Shown here: one piece after another, positions 15,274 to 29,034 of the stretch
Layout: each line of letters begins with the position of its first letter
Numbering within the stretch: position 1 is the stretch's first letter
Assembly: GCA_012295275.1 (NCBI GenBank)
Contig: CM022676.1
Location: 5,704,001 to 5,768,000 of the forward strand
Direction of reading: 5' to 3'
DNA: 64,000 nucleotides
Source of the DNA: Chrysomallon squamiferum
Taxonomy: Eukaryota > Animalia > Mollusca
Program-made: the position numbers and the translations under genes
The notes under the pieces: generated by a model
What the model was told of the DNA's origin: nothing
Database searches by the model: none
The model's input: the letters and a program-made list of their open reading frames with translations, nothing else

Positions 15274-16825
15274 GAGAGATATTAATGGATGTAAGAAGGA
15301 ACAGAAACAACAGACTGAGAGAAAATTCAAGACAGAGAAGAAACGGAGAAAATAAAAATAAAGAAAGAGAGAAAAAGTGAGAAAGATAAAATGAAAGAAA
15401 GCAAATGTAAGAAAGACAGAAAGAAAGAAATTAAGAGAAATAAAGAGAAAAAGAAAGAGTGAAAGAGAGACAGGAAGTTGCAGAGAGAGAATTGTCAAAT
15501 TGTGTTCAATAAATTATTTTCAAACATCCTCCCTCGACTCAGTCTAATGTGACTCTCTGGTCTGAGTGGCGCCATGTTGCCCATAAATCTTTTGACATGT
15601 GTGTTTTGAGCTGATTTAACCAAAATATGAATACTTATTTACTCTTTATTATATTTTTAAAATTTCTTTCTTCCTTTTTTTTTTTTTTTTCTTTTTTTTT
15701 TTTTTTTTCATTCTTTTTTTTAATTTATTTTCAGTATGATATAAATAAATCTTTTTTGTGAATGATAATGATGAAAGTTGATTTTTTTTTTCTCCCATTG
15801 CAGCCAATGAAATTTAAATTACCAAAAAAATAAAAAAGTTAAATAAATAAATAAATGAAAAATAAACACTGTTGAAATCTACTTTCATTAAATTCTAAGA
15901 TTAAAAAAATGTTTAGTTTTTTTTTTTTCATTCTTTCTTTCATCCATTAAATGGTTTTTCTCTCATTTATTTCTGTTATTTCTTTTAATTTTCTAATCCT
16001 TTTACTTTCTTATTTTTCTTTTTCTTTTCTTCTATTTTTCTTTCTTTCTTTTTTATTCCTTCATTCTTTCATTACTGTAAAAAGAGGGAGAGAGAGAGAA
16101 AGAGAGAAACAGAGAAAGAGAGACAGAGAAAGAGATAGAAACAGAGAGAGACAGAGAGAGAAACAGAGAGACACACAGAGAGACAGAGAGAGAGAGAATT
16201 ATTACCCATAAAAAAAAGAAAACCAAATTTATTTATTTTTTTTTTTATTTTTTTTTTTTCAGAATTAACTCCAAATATCATGACAACTTTATTCAGCTAA
16301 CCATTCTAACTTTACAATTTCTCAAATCACTGTCATTTTCTTAATATTTTTTTTTATTTCTTATTTTATTTCACACAATTCTCTCCAGATACTTTCAATT
16401 TCTATAACCGACAGGTTTATTTACTGTTTGGGCATTCATGTTTGTTACCAACAAACTCAGCTGATTAAAACTTTTCATTTCTCTGTCTCTTATAAACTCC
16501 ACCCTTACTCCCGTCTGTATACAAAAAGGCTGACGTCTGGCACTTCTTGTTGACGAATATTAAATTCAAAGGACTGAAACCGAGTCAATTATGAAAACAA
16601 ACAGAGAGAACCAGTCTAACAAGATGGCCGCACCGCCAATTTGATCATCTGTCAAACTTATCATTCGGAATTTTTCGCACGACTGGTACTGAGTCACTGG
16701 TTTATTCTTTAGCAATGGTAATTGTATTTTATCGAGGGCACCAGTCTAATTATGTTGCACAAATTAATCAACATGTGAACTGTTAGACAATTTGAATTTT
16801 TTCACTCTCAACATTTTTTTTTTTT

Positions 16826-16858
<33 letters not shown>

Positions 16859-17644
16859 CAATCAATTTTTTTTATGTGGAATTTGTTGGGGTTTTTTTTT
16901 TTTTCACTTTTGGTGGTTTTCTGGGGTTTTTTTTAAAAAAGGTCTTTTTTTTCTTTTTTTCAGTGTTTATTGTGGAACAAATTGTGTTATTTTTTACAAT
17001 TTAATAAATAAAACTATTTTATTTTATTAATTAATTAATCAATCTGTTTTATTGTGTCTGTTGTTATGTGTATATGTATGTTTCTGTGTGTGTGTGTGTG
17101 TGTTTGTATGTTTACTTTACCAAGAACAATCCAATTATTTCCACCTTCCCCAGTGTTTTATTGACCATACAAAAAGTACCACAAAAGTTAAAAAATGAAA
17201 TTGTCAGCTTCAAAGATTTATTTATTTATTATTATTATTTTCTATCACAAACATGTAGTTTCAATCTCTATACTACATATTTTTTTTTTTGTAAAATATT
17301 TTATATTTGTGTTTTTATTTCTAGAGTTTTTGCTTCTACATCTAAATCTGTTATGTGTTTGTTCATTTCGGAATCAAATGTAATGGAGATTTGTCCTTGA
17401 TTACAAGGTCAACAACGAAATAAAATAATATAAGAAATTTTATTAGTCCATTTTTAATGGAATTTCACAATTATTATCATCTTGGGATGAGTTGTTTTGG
17501 TCCATTTTATTACTGGTACAAAATCTTCATGATCTTTCTTTTTTTCTTTCTTTTTTTCTTCTTATTATTTTTATTTATTTATTAATTTTTTTTAATTCTT
17601 TTTTATTTCTGTAAGAGCTCCAGGTTCACAATTTTGAGTAAAAT

Positions 17645-18275
17645 TTCCAATTAAAATGGCTCCATTTTTTGTTCTTTCAAATCTACATGTTACCATAGGG
17701 ACATATCCTTTGTTCTTTTATATTCCTGTCTATTTTTTTAAAAGCATTAAATTTATAATATTATGAAAAAGAAGACAAGGGATATGTATTCTTTTCTTTC
17801 CATCAATATTTTTTTTTAATGCCTTTTATGCAACCCACTATGAATTTTAATTTTTAAAAAAATTTTAAATGGTCTTCTTTAATTTAGTACTGTTCAGATA
17901 TGTTACCATGGGGACAGATATTTTGTTTATTTATTTTCCTCAGTATTTTCCAAAGCACTAAACATAACTGATATTGACAGATATGAATAGCTAATTTAAA
18001 AAATAAAATTTAAATGGCAGCCTGTATGTTACCATGGGGACTTGAGTATTTTATATTTCCCATTTCATTATATTTTTTTTTTTTTTAAAAATCATTCTAT
18101 TTCTTTTCTTTTTCTATTCTTTATTTCTTTCTTACTTCTCTTTCTTTACTTTACTTTTCTTTTTAGCACTTCACATTTAAGATTAACACAAACAGTTCAA
18201 AAAAATTAAAATGGCCGCCTTCAAACTTGTACCATTCAAGTTAGCGATATTGCCACGGGGACTGTATTATTGTTT
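17645..18275. repeat. Degenerate tandem repeat, 4 units, each with aaatgg(c) and gttaccatggggac
   Basis: Motif copies at 17689, 17902, 18028 and 18249. Confidence 0.7.
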
Positions 18276-20059
18276 ATTTATTCTTTCACTAATTTTCTGT
18301 TACAACCAGAACATTTAAGGTTAACACAGCAGATTACGATACAGATGAATTGCAGTTCATCAGTTGGCAATTCCCCCGACCTCACTTTCATTGAGCACCG
18401 GCCTCACTTTCAATGAATACTACTTTCCGCTCAACTAATTTCGAAACCAAATGTGACAGGCAATGGATCTGTTTTGACTCTGAGTCACAAGCAGGCCGTA
18501 ATGCGGCCTAATCCAGTTATCAACGGATCAACAGATGTTTTTAATAATTGTCCTTCGTTCTAATTCTTCCAGACTCTCTTCGGAGAGTGGATGTCATCCA
18601 TATTGGAAAAACCAGCTCAGTGTGGTGTGTGTGTGTGTGTGTGTGTGTGTCTTCTAGAACTAACTGGTTAAAAGAAAAATCAATTGATTTTGTCTCTGAC
18701 ACATATGAGTCTGTTTTAGTTGTTCTGTGCTGTTCCACGAGAAGAAGGATTTACACGCCGTTCTGACTGTTTTAACACCAAAAACGAGATCAGACCCAAT
18801 AAGACTTAAGCTGCAAGGAAATTGTACAACAGGTCTTCAAAGACCACTAATTTGTGACTCATGACACAGGAAGTCACTGGAGTTATCTGCCCACTGCAGC
18901 ATGAGCAGCAACTGGCCTTTATTTCATGATTTTTCTTAGACATCAATACATTTTTTTTTTTTTTTTTAATCTGTCATTGATAATTCACTCCTGACATCCT
19001 TCTGGCCAGAACAAGTAATCATTTAGGGTCTCAAACCGCATAAAATAAATTCCTTTTCAGTTATACATAATCAGATAGAATTGAATGAATCATCTTCACT
19101 GGGTAAAAAAAAAAAAAAAAAAATAAAAATAAACTCTTCATTTTGAAAACAGCAGGTTAGACTATGGGTGTTATTCTTAAGAGGCATTTTCCTGGAAATT
19201 TGTTGTGTTTTTTTTCGTTTTTTTTGGCTAGTTCATCATGGAGAGTTTGCAACAAGGGCCATAACTAAAATGATTAAAATTTGAGATTATGTAATCTTTA
19301 CAAACTAATAATAATAAAAATGATGATGACGACAATAATAATAATGATAATGACAATGATAATAGTAATAATAATAATAATAATAATAATACCATAATAA
19401 TAATAATAATAATAATGATGTTAAAAGTAGTAGTAGAAGTAGTAGCAGTAACAGTAGTAGTAATAATAACAACAACAACAATAACAATAATAAATAAATA
19501 AATAAAACCCCAAAACATTTGATTAGATGGAACAAATTTTCTTTATTATTTATAACATGATTTCAGTCAGTTTGATCTCTCCAGAGACTTTTTTTGCTCT
19601 TTAATTTTCAAATGAAAAGACTTTAATAACAATATTAATGGTTAAGTGATGATATCAATAATAATAATAAACACTTTTACGTGATGAAAATAATAAAAAA
19701 TGAAGAAGGAAAGAGAAAATAGATGGATTAAAGGAAGAAGAAAGCAAAGAAAGAAAAGAAGAATGGAGGAAAGAATAATTACTAGAAGGATGAATGTAAG
19801 ATGGAAGAAGGAAGTTAAATGGATAGATTAATGAAAGTAAGAAGAGGGAAAGAAAAATTAAAGAAATGAATCAAGAAATCACAAAAGGATAAAAGAAATA
19901 AAGCAAAACAAGTAAAAAAAAATAATAAAATAAAATAAAATAAATAGAATAATAAGAGGAAAAGAAAAATTAAGAATCTTCAAATAAAAGAAAGAAGGAC
20001 AAATTATTTAAGAAGAAAGCAATGAATCAAGTAAAGAAAAATAAAGAAAATTCAGTTAA

Positions 20060-20400
20060 GAGAAAGAAAGAGAGAGAAATAATTCAGGAAAGAAAGAAAG
20101 AAATAAAGAAAAAGAAGAAATATGTAAACAAGAAAAAGAAAGAAATAATTTAGGAAAGAAAGAAAGAAATAAAGAAAAAGAAGAAATATGTAAACGAGAA
20201 AGAAAGAGAGAAATAATTTAGGAAAGAAATAAAGAAAAAGAAGAAATATGTAAACAAGAGAAAGAAATAAAGAAAAAGAAGAAATATGTAAATGAGAAAG
20301 AAAGAGAAATTATTTAGGAAAGAAAGAAAGAAATAAAGAAAAAGAAGAAATATGTAAACAAGAGAAAGAAATGGAGAAATAATTTAGAAAAAAAGAAAGA
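20060..20400. repeat. Purine-rich ~60-bp tandem repeat
   Basis: aaataaagaaaaagaagaaatatgtaaa repeats about 5 times. Confidence 0.85.
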
Positions 20401-22678
20401 AAAAGAAAAAAACAGAAAAAAAAAAATCTTAGGAAAAAAAAAGAAGAACAGAAAAAAGAAAAATCTTCAAACAATAGAAAGAAAGAAAGAAAAGGAAAAA
20501 AGAAATCACGACAAATAGAAATAAATGAAATTCTTGGGGTCAAACTATGCTGGTCTTAACACTGGCGTAACAGGATTTAAATAACACTGTGTTAAAAATT
20601 CCTCAAACTCCTCAGCATACCACAAATTAAACATTTAAATCCCAACAGAATCTTGTTATTCCTCACCCAGTCCAGTCCATTAATGATATTAGAGTTACCT
20701 TATCTTGGTTAGAGGAACTCTTCTGTTTTTCAGTGCTTGCGCTCTTGCTCAAGGGGAGATTAATCCACTGAGATCTTCTTAAATATTTGTACTTGTCATC
20801 TTAAGAAAGAAATAAAAAATTTAAAATTTAAAAAAAAAAAAAACGTAATTCTGTTAAGATGGTAATATTGGACATGCTATGGCTTATCCAATCAGACCTG
20901 CAATATTTATTGGTGGTTGTCATGGTGATGGGAATTTTTAAAAAGAAAATTAAAACGTGTTTTTTTGAGTGGTGTAGGGAATTTGAAAATAAATAACAAA
21001 TATTAGTGGTATTTTTATGGTGGTCTTTATTCTGGAGATTTTGAAAATATGGAAAAAAATAATGTTATTTAGGGTTATTTTGTTGACTTTTTCTTTTTGA
21101 AAATTGAAAGTAAATAAAAATGGCTGATCAGTTTTGAATATCATTTTTTTTTTTCTTTTCAATTTTATAAAATAATTGAAAATTTACTTCTTATAATTTG
21201 TTTATGTCAACTAAAAGTGAACTTTCATCCTGTGAACAAAAATCTGTGTACATTTTATATATTTCCAGTTGTTGTTTTGTTTATCTTAGACAACTAATCT
21301 TTGCTAACAATAAAGTACAAGACAGTGGTAACTGTAATGATAATGATCTGAGGTAACTGTAAGAATGAGAAAATTGTGTGTGTAGTAAGATAGAATGAAA
21401 GAGAGAGAAAGAGAGAGAGTGTGTGAAACGGACAGAGAGAGAGAGAGAGATTTATCTATTTTTCTCTGTCTGTTAGAGAGAGAAAGAAAAAGGAGGGAAG
21501 CACAGAAACAGAAAGAAAATGGAAGAGTTAGAAAGATAACTACAGTATATGACACAAACACACATACACATATACAAACGGAAAGAAAATGAAAATCATA
21601 CATACCTACATACCACACATACATACATACATACATACATACATACATACATTATATGCACACACACACACACACACATACACACCTAGAGATATAAAAA
21701 TAAATACAGATACAAATTCAGAGATGTAGAAAGAGATCTTTTCCAAAAATGCAAAACCAAAACAATTTCTTTCTTTTTTATTTTTTTTATTTTAAATCCC
21801 CAAATATTTCTCTTTCTTCGACAAACCTTCACATTGTGAGATATCATCTTTATTTCATCTCTGCTTTATTTCAATCCTTATTTTTTTTTTTTTATCCCCT
21901 TCAACATCTTAAAATGAGAAAAACACACAAAAAAAGAATCTTTTATCTCGAGCAATTGTCAATACAGTTCTTTCTCTGTCTCGATATTTTCCTCTTTAAA
22001 AGGACATATTGCCAGTCACTTGTCGAAACAATTCGCAATAGAAAAAAGATTAAAAATCAATGAACTGACAGTTATAAACGAACGAAGGTTTTCTGTTAGC
22101 AGTTCGACTGATTTGTTCGAGGCACATTTTGGCTTCATTTTGGCTTCGTTTTTGGCTTCGTTTTGGCTTAAAGTCACGAAAATATTCGCTTTTTTTTTTT
22201 TTTTTTTTTTTTGAATGTTGAAAATAAACTGGTCGAATTGGTATGTATAAAGGTTTTTAATTTCTGCTTTTGGTTTTTTAAATGTTTTTAAGGTTTTATT
22301 TTTTATTTTGGTGTTTTTTTTGCGATTTTTTTTTTTTTTTTTTTTTCTGTAAGAGGTATTCAGTTAAATTTCCTTTTAATTTGGAATCTAATTTCAAAAT
22401 GGTTTTTTTTTTTTATTCTCCTTCCTTATTTAATTTTCTTCGTTTTTCATTCACTTTTTCTTCAAATTTTTTTTTTTTTTTTTTTTTTTACTTCTATTCT
22501 TTTTTATGTGTCTGCATTTTTTTTTTGTTTTTTTTTTCATTTGTGTCCTTTCGTTTTTTCATGGCATTATTTAAGTTTATTTAAATGGGAACTTTTTTTC
22601 AGTATGTATTTATATTTGTTTATGTTTTCAGTGGTTACTTTTTTCTTTCTTTTTTTTTAATCTATTTTTCTTTGTTAC

Positions 22679-22753
<75 letters not shown>

Positions 22754-22929
22754 TTATCATTATTATTTATTATTTATTATCATCATCATCATCATCATTT
22801 TTGTTATAATTACTATGATTACAACTACTACTACTATTTTAAAATTTGACAATTTAATTTACTTTTTGAAAATTTTAAAATTAATCAAATAAAGGAAAAT
22901 GGAGACATTTTTAATAAACCTTGAACTAA

Positions 22930-23250
22930 AACAACAGTTTGGAATGGGAAAAAACTGTGAGCATACAATGAATTAAATTAATCCTGTTACTGACACAACA
23001 AAAATAATTTAACATAATATGAGAATGGTTGGAACAAGAAAAAACTGTAGAAGATCCACTAAAATCGATATATCCTATTACCATCAAAAAATATTTTAAA
23101 AATAATCCAAGAAACTGTTTGGAACAGGAAAAAATATATCCTCAAACACTTTCAGAAAAATTGCTGTAAAAAAAAAAAAAAAAAAAAATGGTCAGAACAG
23201 GAAATAAGTCAGAACATCCACTGACATGGGTAGAACCTGTTACCAACCAC
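22930..23250. repeat. Degenerate ~90-bp tandem repeat, about 4 copies
   Basis: Recurring ttggaacaggaaaaaa ... atcctgttac blocks. Confidence 0.6.
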
Positions 23251-23810
23251 AGCTGAAGAACAACAAAAACAATTTTCACAAAGAATCCAATCTTATACCC
23301 CCAAAAAGCCAATTTCTCCATGCTTTATCGCCACGGTAACCAACTGTCCCTAGCCTTGATTATCCAATCCATCAGCATCTCAAAGGCTCATCCCTCATTT
23401 GTTGGACTTACTGTCTTGACTTCCATTAACTATATTCAAATGGGAACTGCATTATGGGATTTCTATACGTTTAATTCTATTTGCCCAAATGGACGTTAAC
23501 CTCGGCTCAGCCTGGACAGGATAATTTGTTTTATTTCGTCATTAAGCAAATGCTAGAGAGTTGCCTGCGATTGTCAGAGATAAACAGTGATTGATTGGTT
23601 GTTTGTTTTATTACCCATTATCCGCGATATAACACTGGTTTGATATAAGAGATAGCATATACTGGGGTGAAAAAAAAAAAATATATATATATATATGTAT
23701 ATATAATTGTATGCTAATAACTCATATTTTTATATCAATAACTCGTGTTGTGATACTGATCATAAAAATATTATATTCTTAACTCATGTTAGCAACTTGA
23801 TGCTGCCTTA

Positions 23811-25070
23811 TGTTACAGTATTGATAACTGATACTACTGTAAAAAAATAGATTTATTACTAATTTCGTGGTACTTATGTTACAGTATTGATAACTGATTC
23901 TATTGTAACAAAATATATTGATAACTGATATAACAGTATTGATAACTGATTCTATTGTAACAAAATATATTGATAATTGATATAACAGTATTGATAACTG
24001 ATTCTACTGTAATGCAATATGTTGATAACTGATGCTATAGTATTGATAACTGATACTACTGTAACAAAATATATTTATTACTAATGTTATGGTACTTATA
24101 TTACAGTATTGATAACTGATTCTAATGTAACAAAATATATTGATAATTGATATAACAGTATTGATATCTGATTCTACTGTAACAAAATAGATTTAAAATA
24201 AGAATGTTATGGAACTTATGTTAGAGTATTGATAACTGATTCTACTGTAACAAAATATGTTGATAACTAATGTTACAGTATTGATAACTGATACTACTGT
24301 AACAAAATATATTGATAACTCATGTTATGGTACTGATGTTACTATACTGAAAACTGATACTACTGTAACAAAATAGATTTATTACTAATGTTATGGTACT
24401 TATGTTACAGTATTGATAACTGATTCTATTGTAACAAAATATATTGATAATTGATATAACAGTATTGATAACTGATTCTACTGTAAAGCAATATGTTGAT
24501 AACTGATACTACTGTAACAAAATATATTGATATCTCATGTTACTGTTGATAATTCATGTTACAGTATTGAAAACTGATACTACTGTAACAAATAGATTTA
24601 TTACTGATGTTACAGTATTGATAAATGATTCTACTGTAACAAGATATATTTATAACTGATGTTACAGAATTGATAACTGATACTACTGTAAACAAAATAT
24701 ATTGATATCTCATGTTACTCTTGATAATTCATGTTACAGTATTGAAAACTGATACTACTGTAACAAATAGATGTATTACTGATGTTACAGTATTGATAAA
24801 TGATTCTACTGTAACAAAATATATTTATAACTAATGTTACAGAATTGATAACTGATTCTACTGTAACAAAATACATTGATAACTCATGTTACTCTATTGA
24901 TAACTGATTCTACTGTAACAAAATTGATTGATAACTGATTGATAAATGATACAACTGTAACAAAATATACTAGTGACTGTTGTTACAGTATTGATAAATT
25001 ATACAAATGTAACAAAATAGATTGATAACTGATGTTACAGTATTGATAAAAGCTGATGCAACTTGTAACA
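23811..25070. repeat. Minisatellite of ~50-bp units with internal inverted repeat
   Basis: TGTTACAGTA-ttgataactgat(a/t)c-TACTGTAACA-aaatatattgataac repeats about 20 times with variation. Confidence 0.92.
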
Positions 25071-25488
25071 AAGTAAGCTGATACAAATATTTCTGAGTTG
25101 TATGGTATCAATAACTAATATGTTGATGACTGGTATTATGGTATTGATGATTGATGTTTCTAAATTGGCTGATGGTATCATGCTTTCTAAAACTGTATTG
25201 TCAAGATATGAATAATTTCAGTTTATTTCTGAATTCGTTTGTTATTTTGGTGATGGCTGTCATCATTATATTGATAATATATATATTTATTTATAGTAAA
25301 CACTGATAAACAAAACGTTTAGACTTTATTTTTGGAAAAGGAAAGAGAAAAAAAACTGAAAATTATCCACTTTCTGAACTCATTTACATCTACAGTTTAT
25401 TTATTTATTATATGTTTGTAGGTTCGTACGTGTGTATATATGTGTGTCTGTCTCTCTTATTTATTTATTGTATAGCTTGTATGTGTGC

Positions 25489-25579
<91 letters not shown>

Positions 25580-25689
25580 TCTCTCCCCCCACACATAAAA
25601 CAATCTCGTTTATGAAGACACACCAAATTCTGCTGTACCTAAAACATATATTTTTCATTTCTAAACAGACAGTGTGACACTTTAATTTA

Positions 25690-25746
25690 CTGATGGATGC
25701 ACGGAACAAACACAACGCGCATCGCAAGGCAATCTATTCAAACGTC

Positions 25747-25779
<33 letters not shown>

Positions 25780-26060
25780 GTTATCTCCACGATTGGCGTT
25801 GACGCTTTCGCTTTGTTTTGCCTTCCGTCTTTCGCGTAAAAGGGCTTTTGGTTCTGAACTGACCAGACAAATATATCAGGCAAAAGAGTCCACGGTAAAT
25901 TAGAACTCTTCAACGTTGACGGATGAGAAGTCAAGAAAGCTGGTCATGAACTCTGGGGAAACAATTTCGCCGTGATGGGCTCTTCTCTTTCGCCCTCTGA
26001 GTGCAAGTCTGAAGTTTTATTTTAGCAGATTAAAGGCTGGAATCTGTTAACTTTCAAACG
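25690..26060 (+). promoter_or_regulatory. CpG-rich promoter/first-exon-like island
   Basis: CpG retention, AAAATGGCG (ATG 25775), GATTGG CCAAT box, possible donor ACG|gtaaat at 25895. Confidence 0.4.
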
Positions 26061-26099
26061 TTTTGATATTTGACCTTGGGTGGGCTTCTTTTTTTTTTT

Positions 26100-26132
<33 letters not shown>

Positions 26133-26387
26133 GTTCTTTATTTTATTTTTAAAAATTTTTGTTATATAATTGTTGTTGTTGTTATTGTTGTTGACGCATA
26201 TTTGATTAGCACAGTGACGTAAACACGCAAACGCGAAAACATTATATTACGTGCCATTTATTTCTCCAGTTTTGTCTGTTGAAATTTTGTCATTGTTTGT
26301 ACCTAACACAATTGTCTACACACATACGGATCATTCTACTTGCCAGTTATTTCTTTAGTTTATCTGAAATCGTTTAGATTTTGTCTA

Positions 26388-26420
<33 letters not shown>

Positions 26421-26922
26421 CTGTCTCAGTCAGTCTGTCTGTCTATCTACCTCTGTCTGTCTATCAGTTTATTATATATTATTTTTCTTTAAACTACAGT
26501 ATTTAACATTAAGAAACCTCGATATTTAACTATGGATGTTTTCAGTCTGAACTCCGTAAGGACAAATATACGCCTGGATGTAGTTAATCTTTATGGAGGT
26601 TTAATATGGAGATATATAAGAGGCTATTTTGAAATTTATGTTCAACTTGCTGGAAGTCTTAACTGCTGAAATCGGCGTGTTATGAGACTGAGTTACGACT
26701 GTGTTAAAGTTTTAGTTAATTTTGACAAATTGTAGGTGGAAATCTGTTAGCTGGTAAGAATCGTAAATCACTTTATTTTAAATTTATGGTTTTTTTTTTT
26801 ATTTTTTTTTTTTTTTTTTTTTTGTGTGCCGGGAATCCTGTGCATTTAAAATTCAAGTTTTTATTGCCATTTATCAGATTTTTATTTATTTATTTATTTG
26901 TGGGGTTTTTTCAGATGTATAT

Positions 26923-26958
<36 letters not shown>

Positions 26959-27264
26959 TTTAATTTTGGAAAGATTCCTTTCATGACCTTTCTCGTTCTT
27001 GTTTTCCATCTTCTCTTTCTTCTTCTTCTTCTTCTTCTTCTTCTTTAAATGACTTTTTTTTAAAAGCGTTTTTTAAATAGTTTACTTAACGATGTTTAAC
27101 AACCTGTTTAAATTTTTAACTCACTTTATTTAATCTTTATTTCAACTTACGGAGGAAAAAAAAAACAAAAAAAATACACAAAAAAAAAAAAAAAAAAACC
27201 CATCTAATCACTTTTTAAATTATTTTCCTTTCTTTCTTCCTCCGTTTTCTTTTCATGTTGAAAT

Positions 27265-27560
27265 AATCGTGGCATGACGAAACTCCGGCAGATGGCAGCA
27301 CTGTCCAAATATGACGGAAGTTTGCGGTCATTCAGGTTAATTTCTCTGAAACGCAATTGGCAGTTTATTTCCGTTTTAAAAAAAAAAAAAAAAAAAAAAT
27401 ACGAAGCGAAAAAAAATGGCGGCGAAGCGTTTAAACGTTCGCTGTATGTTGTTTGAAAATTATTAAATTCTCCGCGTTGTCACACATCTTCGACCTCTCC
27501 TGTGAAGTTGTTCGTCGTGCGTGTTGCGTTTTGTGTTGTAAATTGAGTTTTGATGTCTGT
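27265..27560 (+). promoter_or_regulatory. Nested CpG-rich promoter-like element
   Basis: CTCF-like CCGGCAGATGGCAGCA (27285-27300), ETS ACGGAAGT, YY1 AAAATGGCGGC overlapping an ATG at 27416, possible donor CT|gtatgt at 27444. Confidence 0.5.
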
Positions 27561-27923
27561 TGCTTATTATACAGGATGTTTCCGATGTCAAAATGATTCA
27601 GCTAATTAGTTTGGCATCTGTTGCTGTAGCAGCGGTTACCATCTTTCTTTATCTTTCTTCTTCTTTTTTTTTTTTTTTTTTTTTTTTGTTTACTTTTTGA
27701 ATGAGTAATATTCAAAACAAAAATGATCTTAACATATATATTGCATAAGTGTGTTATCGTGTTCAGTTTTGTGAGTACCTCTGTTGGTATCTCGAGTAAA
27801 AACAGTTTTAACACTAAGTATCGTTATAATGTGTTGGATTTAAGTTTACGTTATGTAAAGATTAATGTTTAAGTTTTATAAATGGGTTTTTTTCTCGGAT
27901 TCTTTTGCTTCCAATTTGTTTCT

Positions 27924-27999
<76 letters not shown>

Positions 28000-28336
28000 G
28001 GGATAATAAATGAATACACTTTAGCTAGAATACTGTCAGTGTTTTCATGGGTACTCCATCACTTTTGTAATCTATATATTTTTAAGAAGACATTTACTTC
28101 TTTTAAACGCAAAAACATAAAACATACATTATATTTTTGAAAAGAAAATGAAAATATATTTGTCTCTATTCATCCAACAAACACACACACATAAAACACG
28201 TTCATATATATAATATATCTATATATTAATTGCTATGATTATCTAAACACACACATATTGATATAGAAATTGATATCAATGATATTTTCATTCAAATTTC
28301 CGACTGAAAAATGAATGAATGTATTTTTCTTCGACT

Positions 28337-28371
<35 letters not shown>

Positions 28372-28429
28372 CCACAACATAGTTTGACAAATGTGTTAGT
28401 GAACTCAGAAACGACATATTACTGGCTTT

Positions 28430-28615
28430 AATTTATTATCTTTTATCACTATTGTATATTTTTGACAAGTCACAAAAGAAAGAAAAAACAGAGTATATAG
28501 TCATAAACTGTATTTACTTTCTTATCTTTTATCACTATTGTAGATTTTTGACACTTCACAGAAGAAAGAAAGAAAAAAAAAAACACAGTATACAGTCATA
28601 AACTATATTTGCTTG
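28430..28615. repeat. ~90-bp tandem duplication
   Basis: tatcttttatcactattgta...agtcataaact occurs twice. Confidence 0.8.
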
Positions 28616-29034
28616 CTAATTTCACCCATGACCTTTACCTCATTTAGGTTTAAAAATCTCAAAACCGTAAGACAAAAAAATGAAAAATGTGTCGGTGCTC
28701 ATGAAAATTGGAGGAATTTTAATTACCAACACACGACAGCTTAAGTCTGTTTGTCTTGTCACTGCTAAATATGATTTTTCAAGATGTCGGCCAGCTGTCA
28801 GTCATCCATCACTATGACAACGAAGAGATGGGGCAGATGAGTTTTTGAAAGAAATCAAAAGTGTTGTAGAAGCTATTAACTTCCATTTTCTGGCTCGTTG
28901 GTAGCAAAGTGGAACATCAGAAAGTAAACGCCTCGATACGCAGGTGTGGCGAATGACGTCTTAAACTCTCGTCATTTCAAAACAGACATGCGCATCACAG
29001 GAGGGAATCCGGCCTCGCTTTTGTCTCGCCAAGT

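Noticed and set aside
23811-25070. CRISPR-like appearance of the palindromic repeat array
   Set aside because: The spacers are themselves repeats rather than unique sequences, there are no cas genes, and the context is eukaryotic.
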